A DNA stretch of 64,000 bases from Alphaproteobacteria bacterium (GTDB taxonomy: Bacteria; Pseudomonadota; Alphaproteobacteria; JANQMY01). Position numbers and translations under genes: made by a program. Positions 40,858-51,141 of this stretch are shown one piece after another (position 1 is the first letter of the stretch; each line of letters begins with the position of its first letter). Location: positions 83,025 to 147,024 of the forward strand of contig CBDDFL010000002.1 in assembly GCA_965227095.1 (NCBI GenBank), given 5' to 3'. A model generated the notes under the pieces. The model was not told the DNA's origin and made no database searches. It saw only the letters and a program-made list of their open reading frames with translations.

Positions 40858-41583
40858 TTAATCCGACCCTGTGAGGCAGGTCGCGTGTCCATTTTCCACA
40901 ACCCGCATGCGTCGTTGCAGAAGGTTTGCGCGCTGCTGAACATAGCGGCCAGGCGGATTGGCTTGCCATTTCACGGGGCTGGGAAGAATGGCCGCCAGAC
41001 GCGCCGCCTCGTTTCGGGAAAGCTGGGCGGCTGATTTGCCAAAGTGATGCCGGGCCGCGGCCTCCGCGCCATAGACGCCGTCGCCCCACTCCACAACGTT
41101 AAGGTAGGCTTCCAAGATTTTTGGCTTGGACCACATCAGTTCAATAAGGACCGTGAAATAGGCTTCAAATCCCTTGCGGGTCCATGTGCGGCGTTGCCAA
41201 AGGAAGACGTTCTTCGCCGTCTGCATGCTGATGGTGCTGGCCCCGCGCTTCTTGCCGCCGCTTTGATTATGCGCCCAGGCGGCTTCGATTGCGTCCCAGT
41301 CAAATCCGTCATGGGCGCAAAACTTGCTGTCTTCTCCGGCCATGACCGCATGACGCAGGTGGGGTGAAATGCGATCTAGGCCGCGCCACTGCTGGGAGAC
41401 ATCCGGCCCCCTTAGAATCCATTGCAGGCCCATTATAGAAGATGGGCTCAGCGACGTGATCGCGACCAAGGCGGGGGGTGCTGCCACGAGCACAAGAACA
41501 CCCAAAAGCACAAGCCGCCGAACAACCGGCCGATAGGTCTTCCAGATTTTTTTGAGGTCAAGCGACCGTTTCTTTTTCGCCAT
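40858..41583 (-). CDS. mtgA: monofunctional biosynthetic peptidoglycan transglycosylase
   Basis: Has an N-terminal TM and the GT51 motifs (…EDSKFCAHDGFD…GASTISMQTAKN…). Confidence 0.85.
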   Translation of the reverse strand: MAKKKRSLDLKKIWKTYRPVVRRLVLLGVLVLVAAPPALVAITSLSPSSIMGLQWILRGPDVSQQWRGLDRISPHLRHAVMAGEDSKFCAHDGFDWDAIEAAWAHNQSGGKKRGASTISMQTAKNVFLWQRRTWTRKGFEAYFTVLIELMWSKPKILEAYLNVVEWGDGVYGAEAAARHHFGKSAAQLSRNEAARLAAILPSPVKWQANPPGRYVQQRANLLQRRMRVVENGHATCLTGSD

Positions 41584-41717
41584 GGATACTCAACGCATTT
41601 AAGCGGCGCGTTCTGACACAGTTTGGGGCCACTGCCAAAAGGTTTCGGCTATATCTCCGTTAACACCTGCATGATATAGGACGGTAGCGTGTCTATTTTT
41701 CGTGAAAGTTCTGCGTT

Positions 41718-42521
41718 TTGTCCCTCGAACAGCTCATCATTTTGTCGATTATTCAGGGAATTACCGAATTCCTGCCGATTAGCTCGTCGGGTCATTTGGT
41801 CTTTATCCCAGGTCTTTTGGGCTGGGAAGATCAGGGCATATTGATTGATGTGGCCGTCCATGTGGGCAGTCTTTTCGCGGTCCTTATCTATTTTTGGCGT
41901 GATCTTTTGGGATTGCTCGGTGGGGCGTGGGACTTGGTGCGCGGACAGATCTCGGAACAAGGCCGTTTGGTCCTTTTGCTCATCGGGGCCACGGTCCCAA
42001 TCGTCATCATGGGTCTGGTGGCGCATGAGTTGGGTCTCATTGATTATTTGCGCAGTGTCGAAGTGATCGGTTGGACGACGCTGATATTCGGTTTGGTGCT
42101 CTACGCAGCAGACCGGGCGGATGTCACCGTCCATTCCATGAAAGAGATGACTGTACGTGACGCCATGATCGTCGGGGGCGCGCAAGTTCTGAGCCTGGTA
42201 CCGGGCACGAGCCGGTCCGGTATCACCATGACCGCCGCGCGGTTTTTGGGGTTTCAACGGTCAGAAGCCGCCCGTTTTTCGATGCTGCTATCCATCCCCA
42301 CCATTTCGTCGGCGGGCCTGTTGGCGGTATTGGAGTTGATGGACAGTGGTGATGCTCAGCTTACGAATGATGCCGTGGCCGCCGCCTTTTTGTCATTCGT
42401 TTCGGCCTTGCTTGCGATCTGGGGCCTGATGAGCTTGGTCAACCGCGTAGGCTTTCTACCCTTCGTGATTTACCGGACAATCTTGGGCCTTGGCTTGCTG
42501 ATCTGGGTCTACGCCTTTTAA
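41718..42521 (+). CDS. uppP: undecaprenyl-diphosphate phosphatase
   Basis: Contains QGITEFLPISSSGHL… and PGTSRSGITM, the BacA/UppP signatures. Confidence 0.9.
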   Translation: MSLEQLIILSIIQGITEFLPISSSGHLVFIPGLLGWEDQGILIDVAVHVGSLFAVLIYFWRDLLGLLGGAWDLVRGQISEQGRLVLLLIGATVPIVIMGLVAHELGLIDYLRSVEVIGWTTLIFGLVLYAADRADVTVHSMKEMTVRDAMIVGGAQVLSLVPGTSRSGITMTAARFLGFQRSEAARFSMLLSIPTISSAGLLAVLELMDSGDAQLTNDAVAAAFLSFVSALLAIWGLMSLVNRVGFLPFVIYRTILGLGLLIWVYAF

Positions 42522-43492
42522 AGGCCATTTCCTTCGTAATCTGGTTCTTGGAATTCGCCATGCGGACGGAAGCGCCATAAATATTGTGGCACAATCGCTT
42601 CAACCGTAGACGGATGAATACCTAGATCCTCGAAGATGGCAATTTCCGGATCATCGCTCGCGCCGACCACATTGTCGCTTCGCAGCAGTTTTACTTGGTC
42701 ATAGGTGAGCGGTGCAAACGGCAACCACCCCGTCAGCAGCCCCATGAGCGAGGCAATGGGGAAGGGTATGGATACCAAGGCTTTCGAGCGATTGGTTTGC
42801 TCCGTCACCAGTTGCAGCAATTCCTTGAATGAATAAATCGTCGGCCCGCCGAGTTCCACGGTGCGCCCTTTAAACTCTGATCGCTCCAACAGGGCCACAA
42901 TCGCCTCTGCCACGTCTGTTACATAGACGGGTTGGAACTTGGTTTTGCCGCCGCCGATCAAGGGAAGAACCGGCGCGATGCGGGCCATGGCGCCGAACCG
43001 ATTAAAAAATTCGTCCTCGGGTCCGAAGACAATAGATGGCCGGACGATCATTGTTGACGGAAGCGCTTTACGCGCCGCCGTTTCGCCTTCGCCTTTGGTT
43101 CGGGCATATTTGGCACTTGCCGATGGGTCGGCGCCAATCGCCGACATTTGAACGAAGCGGTCGATACCGGCGGCGGCAGCGGCCCCCGCGATGAGCCCCG
43201 GTGCATCCGCATGGACAGTGGAGAACTTTTGTTTGCCGAATTCTTGAAGCAGGCCGACCAAATTGACCACCGCATCCGCGCCCGCCACGGCCCGTTTGAT
43301 TGACGCGTCATTTCGAACATTGGCCTGGACGATTTGGACCTGGCCCACATCACCCATCGGCTGAAGAAAATTCGCGAGATTGGGCCGCCGCACAGCCGCG
43401 CGCACGCGATATCCGCGCTTCGCCAGCTGGCGGACCAAATGCCGGCCAATAAAGCCGGACGCGCCGAAGATGGTGACCAATTCTGAAGCCAT
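42518..43492 (-). CDS. NAD(P)H-binding NDUFA9-like SDR (complex I 39-kDa subunit homolog)
   Basis: Contains IFGASGFIGRHLVRQLAKRGY… and has the NmrA/NDUFA9-like length and motifs. Confidence 0.7.
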   Translation of the reverse strand: MASELVTIFGASGFIGRHLVRQLAKRGYRVRAAVRRPNLANFLQPMGDVGQVQIVQANVRNDASIKRAVAGADAVVNLVGLLQEFGKQKFSTVHADAPGLIAGAAAAAGIDRFVQMSAIGADPSASAKYARTKGEGETAARKALPSTMIVRPSIVFGPEDEFFNRFGAMARIAPVLPLIGGGKTKFQPVYVTDVAEAIVALLERSEFKGRTVELGGPTIYSFKELLQLVTEQTNRSKALVSIPFPIASLMGLLTGWLPFAPLTYDQVKLLRSDNVVGASDDPEIAIFEDLGIHPSTVEAIVPQYLWRFRPHGEFQEPDYEGNGL

Positions 43493-43664
43493 GTTGTCCT
43501 ATCCACGCAGTGTTTGTAGCGGTCTTGCATCCTCTTAAACCGAATCGGCCGTCTCGGTACAGATGTGAATCAGCGCACCCTTATACTTCCCGGGCGCTCG
43601 GTCTCAGTTTCGTTGACAATTTCAGCCCTGACCGTTAGTGATGCGCCCCTTAAAAGCCTGAAAT

Positions 43665-43751
43665 GCCCAGGTGGCGGAATTGGTAGACGCGCCAGCTTCA
43701 GGTGCTGGTGGCCGCAAGGTCGTGGAAGTTCGAGTCTTCTCCTGGGCACCA
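43665..43751 (+). tRNA. tRNA-Leu (anticodon CAG)
   Basis: Sequence is GCCCAGGTGGCGGAATTGGTAGACGCGCCAGCTTCAGGTGCTGG…GGTTCGAGTCTTCTCCTGGGCACCA. It has a long variable arm and the anticodon loop TTCAGGT. Confidence 0.85.
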
Positions 43752-43875
43752 TTCAAAAACGGTTTGCGTAAACGAGATCTTGATCCGCGCCGTCGATGCT
43801 CGGGGGCAAATACAGGTCGAGAAGACCCCAACAGGGGCCGTCTAAAGATCGTTACCGAAAGGACGAACGGTTTTC

Positions 43876-44499
43876 GTGTCAACCTCTCCAACCATTCATC
43901 ACCACAAAGGCGATCTGCCCGCTGGCTTGTCGCTGGGCCCATCGATTGCTGTGGATACGGAAACCATGGGCCTCAACCCCGTGCGCGATTCCTTATGTGT
44001 GGTCCAATTGTCCGCGGGTGATGGCGAGGTTCATGTGGTTCAACTGGATCGCTCCTCCTATGCGGCACCCAATCTGGTTGCCTTGATGGGGGATCAATCG
44101 GTTCTCAAGATCTTTCACTATGCGCGTTTCGACATCGCGTTCATGAAGAAATATCTGTCCGTCGATACACAGCCGGTCTATTGCACCAAAATCGCCTCCA
44201 AGTTGGTGCGCACCTATACCGACAAACACGGGCTCAAAGATCTCTGCCGAGAACTGATCGGTGTCGATATGTCGAAGCAACAGCAAAGTTCTGATTGGGG
44301 AGCTGAGACCTTGTCCGATGCCCAACTGCACTATGCGGCGTCTGACGTGTTGTACCTGCATCGATTGAAAGATCAGCTTGATCAAATGCTTAGCCGGGAA
44401 GGGCGGACTCATCTGGCGCAAAAAAGCTTTGACTTTCTGCCGGTCCGGGCAGAGCTTGATTTAGGCGGCTGGTCCGAAATGGACATTTTTTCGCACTAA
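43876..44499 (+). CDS. 3'-5' exonuclease, RNase D-like (DEDDy)
   Basis: Contains VDTETMGL (DxE), HYARFD and YAASDVLYL (Y-x3-D). Confidence 0.75.
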   Translation: MSTSPTIHHHKGDLPAGLSLGPSIAVDTETMGLNPVRDSLCVVQLSAGDGEVHVVQLDRSSYAAPNLVALMGDQSVLKIFHYARFDIAFMKKYLSVDTQPVYCTKIASKLVRTYTDKHGLKDLCRELIGVDMSKQQQSSDWGAETLSDAQLHYAASDVLYLHRLKDQLDQMLSREGRTHLAQKSFDFLPVRAELDLGGWSEMDIFSH

Positions 44500-44674
44500 T
44501 CTTGGCGCTTGACCGACAGCTGATAATTGACCCGGCGGGTCTAACACCCCATACTAAAGACTGTAATTGGCACATTTTTCGCATGGCGCCGACATTCCGA
44601 GCGTTTTGACTCCTGAGGGAGTACGCCGTTTTGTTGCAGACCGTGCGGCGTCGTTGAGAGTAAAGCGGTTCGGA

Positions 44675-45703
44675 ATGACAACAAAACCAGCAAATTCCGG
44701 CGCGGCAGCCCCAGAGATCACCAAGGAGATTGAGGCAGGAGCCCGAGTGCTTCGCTTGGAAAGCGACGCGCTGAAGGTTCTTGCGGATAGCCTTGATCAA
44801 GCCTTTGTGGATGCAGTGACAAAGATGGGCGCCTGTTCGGGGCGCGTGGTTGTCAGCGGCATGGGAAAAAGCGGCCACATTGCCGGGAAAGTCGCGGCAA
44901 CCTTGGCCTCTACCGGTACGCCCGCGCAATTTGTCCACCCAGCCGAGGCCAGCCACGGCGATATGGGGGCGATTACGGCGGACGATGTGGTTTTGTTGAT
45001 GTCCAATTCCGGCGAAACCAAAGAAATTGGCGATTTGATCGCTCATACTCGGCGGTATCAAATCCCGCTGATTGGGGTGGCCAGCCGGCCCGACAGCCTG
45101 TTGATCAGGTCATCCGACATTCCCTTGGTCTTACCGCCCGTGGAAGAAGCGTGCCCCATGGGGCTGGCGCCCACCACCTCCACGACCTTGATGATTGGTT
45201 TGGGCGATGCGCTGGCGGTGGCGTTGATGGACCGCCGCGGATTTTCCTCTGACGACTATCGGATCTTGCATCCCGGCGGGGAACTGGGGAAATCGCTGAT
45301 CCGCGTGCAGGACATCATGCATGTGGGGGACGACGTGCCGTTGGTTGGCCACACGGCGCCCATGGACCATGCCATTCGTGAGATCACGGAAAAGCAACTT
45401 GGGTGTTGCGGTGTGATCGACGACAATGGCCGTCTCGTTGGCATTGTGACGGATGGCGATCTGCGCCGCCAGATCGGTGAGGACATATTGAGTAAACAGG
45501 CGCATGAGGTGATGACGCCTGATCCGCGTACCATTTGGGAGGGGGCATTGGCTGCGGAAGCGGTCGGTCTGATGAACAGTCCGCCGCGTCCCATCACGTG
45601 TTTGTTCGTGATTGGAGATCCCAACGATGTGGCACCTAAAACCGGCAGCAAGCCGACGGGGGTGCTGCATTTGCACGACTGTCTTCGTGCCGGAATAAGC
45701 TGA
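44675..45703 (+). CDS. kdsD: arabinose-5-phosphate isomerase (KpsF/KdsD, SIS+CBS)
   Basis: Contains GRVVVSGMGKSGHIAGKVAATLASTGTPA (SIS) and tandem C-terminal CBS motifs. An ATG at 44675 is taken as the start. The track ORF extends to 44567. Confidence 0.85.
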   Translation: MTTKPANSGAAAPEITKEIEAGARVLRLESDALKVLADSLDQAFVDAVTKMGACSGRVVVSGMGKSGHIAGKVAATLASTGTPAQFVHPAEASHGDMGAITADDVVLLMSNSGETKEIGDLIAHTRRYQIPLIGVASRPDSLLIRSSDIPLVLPPVEEACPMGLAPTTSTTLMIGLGDALAVALMDRRGFSSDDYRILHPGGELGKSLIRVQDIMHVGDDVPLVGHTAPMDHAIREITEKQLGCCGVIDDNGRLVGIVTDGDLRRQIGEDILSKQAHEVMTPDPRTIWEGALAAEAVGLMNSPPRPITCLFVIGDPNDVAPKTGSKPTGVLHLHDCLRAGIS

Positions 45704-45728
45704 CGCAACAATCAGATGGCTCCCCTCA

Positions 45729-46439
45729 ATGACAACTGAAACGCCAAGCACTCACAAATCGGATTTGCCGGACACCGCGCCGCGCCGCGAACGCGCCTGG
45801 TCCACCATGCCGCGGGGCCAGCCCCAGCAGAGCGAGAATTACAGCCGCTTTGTGGGCTGGATGAAGATCATCCTGCCGGTAGCGGCGCTGTTCATCGTGT
45901 CCACCGTCATTGTCTATTCCACATTGCCCAACGCCAACTCCAACATTTCCCTCAACATCGAGGAAATCAAAGAGGTTGGTGACGATCTGGAAATGACACA
46001 GCCGAAACTGACCTTCACCGATAAAAAAGATCGCGACTATTTGGTTGTTGCGGATACGGCGGTTCAAAATCAAGACAATCAGGATGTGTGGGATCTGAAA
46101 GATATTGACGCTGACCTGACGCCGGAAAACGGTGGCTGGATCAAGCTCACCTCCACCAGCGGGATTTTGCATTCCCAGAAAGAAGAACTCGATCTGATGG
46201 GCGTGGTGGATGTAACGTCCCATGACGGATACGAATTTCATGCGGTAACCGCCAAAGTCGATTTCGGCGAGGGCACCGTTAAAAGCGAAGACCCCGTAAA
46301 GGGGAGCGGCCCGGGCGGGGCCATTAGTGCTGATTCATTCAGCATGGTTGAAGGGGGGAATCTCATCACCTTCACAGGCGATGTGCAGTTGAGAGTAATG
46401 CCGGGATCGGATGACAATGCTGGGCTTGGCTGGCGATAG
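45729..46439 (+). CDS. lptC: LPS export system protein LptC
   Basis: Has a single N-terminal TM (WMKIILPVAALFIVSTVIVY) and a β-jellyroll-like remainder. It sits between kdsD and lptA. The start may be internal. Confidence 0.65.
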   Translation: MTTETPSTHKSDLPDTAPRRERAWSTMPRGQPQQSENYSRFVGWMKIILPVAALFIVSTVIVYSTLPNANSNISLNIEEIKEVGDDLEMTQPKLTFTDKKDRDYLVVADTAVQNQDNQDVWDLKDIDADLTPENGGWIKLTSTSGILHSQKEELDLMGVVDVTSHDGYEFHAVTAKVDFGEGTVKSEDPVKGSGPGGAISADSFSMVEGGNLITFTGDVQLRVMPGSDDNAGLGWR

Positions 46440-46451
46440 GGGGGCAATCAT

Positions 46452-47150
46452 ATGACCGGTAGCTGGTCATTGATTCGAATGCTGACGATTTTAGCTTTGG
46501 CAATGCTGCCGCTGGGGGTGCACGCGCAGGAAGGGTCTGACCCGCCGAAAGAGGCCGTTGATGAAGGGGTGACGCCGGAGGACGAAGCCGAGCGCAAGAA
46601 CGCCGGAGGTCTGTTCGGCGGGGAAACGTCTTTTGTCTCCGACGACGAGCCCATAGATATTGCTGCCGATGAGCTGGTGCTGGATCAGGAAAAGAAGCTG
46701 GCCACTTTCACCGGCAATGTGGATGCGGTGCAAGGAACCCTCAACCTCAAGTCGGAAGAGCTGATTATCTATTATACTCAGGCATCGGATGAAAATCAGG
46801 AAACAGCCGGCGACGGCGGAGGGCGAACCAATATTCGCCAGATCGACGCGCGCGGTGATGTACGCTTGGCGACGCTGACAGAAACAGCCAGTGGCGATTG
46901 GGCCATTTACGATATCGAGAAAGGCGTGATTACCCTGGGTGGGAAGGTTACCCTTACCCGGGGCGAAAATATCCTGCAGGGCGCGAAACTCATTGTGGAT
47001 GTGGAAACTGGCAATAGCCGGCTTCTGTCGTCCAAATCCGGAAAGGAGCGCGTCCGTGGGCTTTTTGTTCCAGGCTCTGAAAATAGTGAAGAAGAGCCTA
47101 AAGAAGATGGCAGCGGCGGGGCTGCGTTGGGCCGTCAAACCGATGGTTAA
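46452..47150 (+). CDS. lptA: LPS transport periplasmic protein LptA
   Basis: Has a signal peptide plus an OstA-like N-domain (IDIAADELVLDQEKKLATFTGNV…). Confidence 0.75.
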   Translation: MTGSWSLIRMLTILALAMLPLGVHAQEGSDPPKEAVDEGVTPEDEAERKNAGGLFGGETSFVSDDEPIDIAADELVLDQEKKLATFTGNVDAVQGTLNLKSEELIIYYTQASDENQETAGDGGGRTNIRQIDARGDVRLATLTETASGDWAIYDIEKGVITLGGKVTLTRGENILQGAKLIVDVETGNSRLLSSKSGKERVRGLFVPGSENSEEEPKEDGSGGAALGRQTDG

Positions 47151-47213
47151 ATGGTACTGAAACAGGGGTATTTCACCGAAAATTAAGAGCGGTGGATGGA
47201 TTATGGAGGGCAC

Positions 47214-48008
47214 ATGACCGACGAGATCATGAAAGATGGCGTTAAACAAGATGACACTTCTGGCGGCCCAAGGCTTGTTGCCGAAAGCACCGGCTTGCGG
47301 GTCAACAATATCGGCAAAAGCTTCAAGCAGCGCCCTGTTGTGCGCAATGTCAGCCTCTATGTTCAACGCGGTGAAGTGGTCGGCCTGTTGGGGCCCAACG
47401 GGGCGGGGAAGACCACATGCTTCTATATGATCACGGGGCTGATCCCGGGCGATTACGGGGCGATCGAACTGGACGGGCAAGATATTACCAAGCTGCCCAT
47501 GTACCGGCGCGCCCGCATGGGGATTGGTTATTTGCCACAGGAAGCGTCTATCTTCCGGGGGCTGACGGTCGAGGAAAATATTCGTTCGGTGATCGAGTTG
47601 GTTGAGCCGATGCCCGAACGCCGTGAAGCCATATTGGATGAATTGCTGGCCGAGTTCACCATCAGCCATTTGCGCCGCACGCCGGCGATTGCGTTATCTG
47701 GCGGTGAACGCCGCCGGGTGGAAATCGCCCGTGCGTTGGCCACGTCTCCGTCCTTCATGCTGTTGGACGAACCGTTCGCCGGGATTGACCCCATTGCAAT
47801 TGGGGACATTCGCGATTTGGTGGCGCATCTAAAAGATCGCGGCATTGGGGTTTTGATTACCGATCATAATGTAAGAGAGACACTCGACATTATTGATCGG
47901 GCGTACATTGTGCATGACGGCCAAATCTTAATGGAAGGTTTGCCGTCGGAAGTTGTTGGTAATGAGGACGTTCGTCGGGTTTATCTGGGCGATCGTTTCT
48001 CGTTGTAA
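47214..48008 (+). CDS. lptB: LPS export ABC transporter ATP-binding protein LptB
   Basis: Contains GPNGAGKTT (Walker A), [15 protein letters not shown] and LLLDEPF. An ATG at 47214 is preceded by GGAGGG. Confidence 0.9.
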   Translation: MTDEIMKDGVKQDDTSGGPRLVAESTGLRVNNIGKSFKQRPVVRNVSLYVQRGEVVGLLGPNGAGKTTCFYMITGLIPGDYGAIELDGQDITKLPMYRRARMGIGYLPQEASIFRGLTVEENIRSVIELVEPMPERREAILDELLAEFTISHLRRTPAIALSGGERRRVEIARALATSPSFMLLDEPFAGIDPIAIGDIRDLVAHLKDRGIGVLITDHNVRETLDIIDRAYIVHDGQILMEGLPSEVVGNEDVRRVYLGDRFSL

Positions 48009-48034
48009 GAGTTGCGTAGGAAGTGGATTAGAAG

Positions 48035-49570
48035 ATGGTGTTAGCGCCAAGACTGGAGCTCCGACAAGGCCAGGCATTGGTTATGACGCCACAATTGCAG
48101 CAGGCGATCAAACTGCTGCAATTGTCGAACATCGAACTCAGCGCGTTTGTTGAGCAAGAGCTTGAAAAAAATCCGCTTCTAGAGCGCGATGAAAGCCGCG
48201 AGAATGCGCCCGACGCTCCTGCCGAAAACGGCGGTGAGTCAGATATTACCCTGCCCGAAGGAACGCTGGTCGCCGCAGACCAAAAAATATCGGAAGACAG
48301 TCCGCCGGCCGATGCGGAGAAAGTGCTCGATACCGACTACGATAATCTCTATTCGGAAGATTCCCCCACAGAAGCAGCCGTAGATCCAGCGGCCCAAGGC
48401 CCCACCACGGATTGGTCTCAAGCGGGGTCGGGCGGCTCCACGAGCTTCGATGGATCTGCGCCGGGGTTTGAAGAAACACTGGCCGGTGAGGTGACGTTGA
48501 AAGATCACCTAACGGATCAACTTAATATCGCGCTGAAAGCACCGGCGGACCGCTTGATCGGCGCGCATTTGATCGACCTGGTGGACGAAAGTGGGTATGT
48601 CACCGAAGATGTGGCGTCCATTGCGGAGCGCCTCGGCACGGATTTCGAAGACGTCGAAGCCGTTCTGGGGGTGATGCAAAAGTTCGATCCGCCTGGAATC
48701 ATGGCGCACGATTTGAGATCGTGTTTGTCCGCCCAGCTGGCGGACATGGATCGCCTTGACCCGGTGATGCAGTTGTTCCTTGATAATTTGGAGCTGTTGG
48801 CCAAGCGGGACATGGAAGGCCTCATGCGCACCTGTGGTGTGGATGCGGAAGACATTGCCAGCATGGTGGCGGATATCCGTCTGTGTAATCCGAAACCAGG
48901 CTTGGCGTTCGGTTCGGATGTGGTGCAGCCGGTGGTGCCGGATGTGTATGTGCGGCCGACGCAACAAGGCGGTTGGGCCGTCGAACTCAACAGCGATACG
49001 CTGCCGCGGGTTTTGGTCAATACGCAATATTATTCGGAAGTGGCCAAGAACGCCTCGGGCGACGACAAAGCCTATATGTCGGATTGCCTCAATTCCGCAA
49101 GTTGGCTGGTGAAAAGCTTGGACCAACGTGCACGGACGATTTTGAAAGTCTCAACAGAAATCGTTCGTCAACAAGACGCGTTTCTTGCCAACGGCGTGCA
49201 ATATCTGCGCCCGCTGAATTTGCGGACCATCGCGGACGCGATCTCAATGCATGAATCGACCGTCAGTCGGGTGACCGCCAACAAATACATGGCCACGCCG
49301 CGCGGCGTTTATGAACTCAAATATTTCTTCACCTCGGCCATCGCGTCTTCGGCCGGGGGCGAAGCGCATTCGGCAGAAGCTGTCCGTCACCGCATTAAAG
49401 TCCTCATTGATGGGGAAAATGCGAAGTCAGTTCTGTCCGACGATAAAATTGTAGAACTGCTCAAAGAGGCAGGAATTGATATCGCCCGGCGGACCGTCGC
49501 GAAGTATCGGGAAGCAATGAAGATCCCGTCATCCGTGCAGCGCCGACGCGAGAAAAAAGCCATGGCCTAG
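48035..49570 (+). CDS. rpoN: RNA polymerase sigma-54 factor
   Basis: Has region I (LELRQGQALVMTPQLQQAIKLLQLS) and a C-terminal RpoN box (ARRTVAKYRE). Confidence 0.9.
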   Translation: MVLAPRLELRQGQALVMTPQLQQAIKLLQLSNIELSAFVEQELEKNPLLERDESRENAPDAPAENGGESDITLPEGTLVAADQKISEDSPPADAEKVLDTDYDNLYSEDSPTEAAVDPAAQGPTTDWSQAGSGGSTSFDGSAPGFEETLAGEVTLKDHLTDQLNIALKAPADRLIGAHLIDLVDESGYVTEDVASIAERLGTDFEDVEAVLGVMQKFDPPGIMAHDLRSCLSAQLADMDRLDPVMQLFLDNLELLAKRDMEGLMRTCGVDAEDIASMVADIRLCNPKPGLAFGSDVVQPVVPDVYVRPTQQGGWAVELNSDTLPRVLVNTQYYSEVAKNASGDDKAYMSDCLNSASWLVKSLDQRARTILKVSTEIVRQQDAFLANGVQYLRPLNLRTIADAISMHESTVSRVTANKYMATPRGVYELKYFFTSAIASSAGGEAHSAEAVRHRIKVLIDGENAKSVLSDDKIVELLKEAGIDIARRTVAKYREAMKIPSSVQRRREKKAMA

Positions 49571-49712
49571 CTTCTTGCACCTCGTCAGGGGGCGGTCATA
49601 TTATTGATATCGATTGAGTTGACACCGGCACTTCGGAGGCCTATTTTCCGGCCTCTTTGAAAGCAACGGCGCAACTTATCAACCACAGGTTGGGCGCTTG
49701 GGCACTCACGAC

Positions 49713-50300
49713 ATGCATATCCAAATTCACGGACATCAAATTGATGTAGGCGACTCTCTGCGCACCTATGTGAGCGAGAAATTGGCCGAACGTATCGAAA
49801 AATATTTTGACCGCGCGGTCAGCGGTCAGGTCACCTTTTCAAGGGACGGGCGTGAGTTTCGGGTGGAATGTGTGGCGCATCTCAGCAGCGGATTGAAGCT
49901 TGCGGCCACCGGTAAGAAGGATGAGATCTACAGCGCGTTCGATCAGGCCGTAGAGCGCATTGAGAAACAGCTTCGCCGGTATAAGCGCCGCTTGAAAGAC
50001 CATCACGAACGGGCGCCAAGTGCGGAACCCGGACTATCCGTACCTTCTTTCGTCATCGCCGCGGAACCGGAAGAACAGCCGGAGCCCGAAGATTTGTCCC
50101 CTGTCATTGTGGCGGAATCAACGGCGGAAATCAGAACCCTGACGGTCGGGGAAGCAGTTATGCAGATGGATCTAGCAAATGCGCCTGTGCTCATTTTTCG
50201 CAATAAGGCGCATACTGGCTTGAATGTGGTTTACCGGCGTGACGACGGAAATATCGGTTGGGTAGACCCGCAAGAACCGATCAAAAGCCAGAATCAATAA
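49713..50300 (+). CDS. hpf: ribosome hibernation promoting factor (long HPF)
   Basis: Begins MHIQIHGHQIDVGDSLRTYV…. An ATG at 49713 is taken as the start; the track ORF starts at a TTG at 49698. Confidence 0.85.
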   Translation: MHIQIHGHQIDVGDSLRTYVSEKLAERIEKYFDRAVSGQVTFSRDGREFRVECVAHLSSGLKLAATGKKDEIYSAFDQAVERIEKQLRRYKRRLKDHHERAPSAEPGLSVPSFVIAAEPEEQPEPEDLSPVIVAESTAEIRTLTVGEAVMQMDLANAPVLIFRNKAHTGLNVVYRRDDGNIGWVDPQEPIKSQNQ

Positions 50301-50336
50301 CTTTCACCTCCGAACGGTTGCCGCGTTAAAAAGGAC

Positions 50337-50807
50337 ATGCTCATGGAGCTCAATGATCTTCTGGACCCAGGCAGTGTGGTGCCAAACCTGAAGGTATCGG
50401 GCAAAAAACAGGCACTGCAGGAACTGTCGGCGCGCTCGGCGGACATTGTCGGCTTGCCCGAACGGCGGATCTTTGAGGCCCTGCTGGAACGCGAGCGGCT
50501 GGGGACGACGGGTGTTGGCCAAGGGGTCGCCATACCGCACGGCAAGTTTTCAGAGTTAGATCAGATTTACGGCGTGTTCGCGCGCCTTGAGACGCCGATC
50601 GATTTCGACGCGATCGACGATCAGCCGGTTGATTTGATCTTTTTGCTTCTGGCGCCAGAGAGCGCAGGCGCCGACCATCTGAAGGCCTTGGCGCGAGTAT
50701 CCCGCTTGCTGCGCAATCAAGAAATTTGCTCAAAACTGCGTGGGTCCGATGCGGCCGATGCGATCTTTGCGATCATCACCGAACCCGCCGAATCCCACGC
50801 GGCTTAA
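50337..50807 (+). CDS. ptsN: PTS IIA-like nitrogen regulatory protein
   Basis: Contains …GVAIPHG… (the EIIA-Ntr active-site His region). It lies downstream of rpoN-hpf. Confidence 0.85.
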   Translation: MLMELNDLLDPGSVVPNLKVSGKKQALQELSARSADIVGLPERRIFEALLERERLGTTGVGQGVAIPHGKFSELDQIYGVFARLETPIDFDAIDDQPVDLIFLLLAPESAGADHLKALARVSRLLRNQEICSKLRGSDAADAIFAIITEPAESHAA

Positions 50808-50816
50808 TGTCGGAAA

Positions 50817-51080
50817 TTAGTGGACGCTGACAGGCTCCATCTCAAACTGCCGGGCAGCCGCAAACGCGGCCTCACGATCATCCAAAATGGCCATTCTGGT
50901 GCCGTCATAAGCGTGGACAGCGTAGAGCTTGTTGCCCTCGCGCTTGAAATCGTCCGGCACTTCATCAAGCTGGTCAAGCTCGTCCGGGGCGACTTCGCGC
51001 ACATATACCAGACGATTGCCGCCCATTTCGGCCAAATCGTGTTCAAAGGTCGGGTTGCTAGGTTCGTTGCTTGATTGCAC
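50817..51080 (-). CDS. DUF1150-family small protein (hsp20-associated)
   Basis: 87 aa, acidic, located immediately downstream of hsp20 on the same strand. The family name is from memory. Confidence 0.5.
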   Translation of the reverse strand: MQSSNEPSNPTFEHDLAEMGGNRLVYVREVAPDELDQLDEVPDDFKREGNKLYAVHAYDGTRMAILDDREAAFAAARQFEMEPVSVH

Positions 51081-51141
51081 TGCCGTAACTCCTACGTTTT
51101 GGCACCGGTTCCAGCGTTAAAGCCGGGAATCGGCCCAGTTT

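Noticed and set aside
42590-42610. TGGCAC hexamers, including a second at ~51095, as possible sigma-54 promoters.
   Set aside because: The downstream -12 TTGC/GC element at the required 5-nt spacing is absent in both cases.
46491-47669. 392-aa minus-strand ORF spanning lptA and lptB.
   Set aside because: It is antisense to two strongly supported, syntenic genes (lptA, lptB) and has no recognisable motifs, so it is a shadow ORF.
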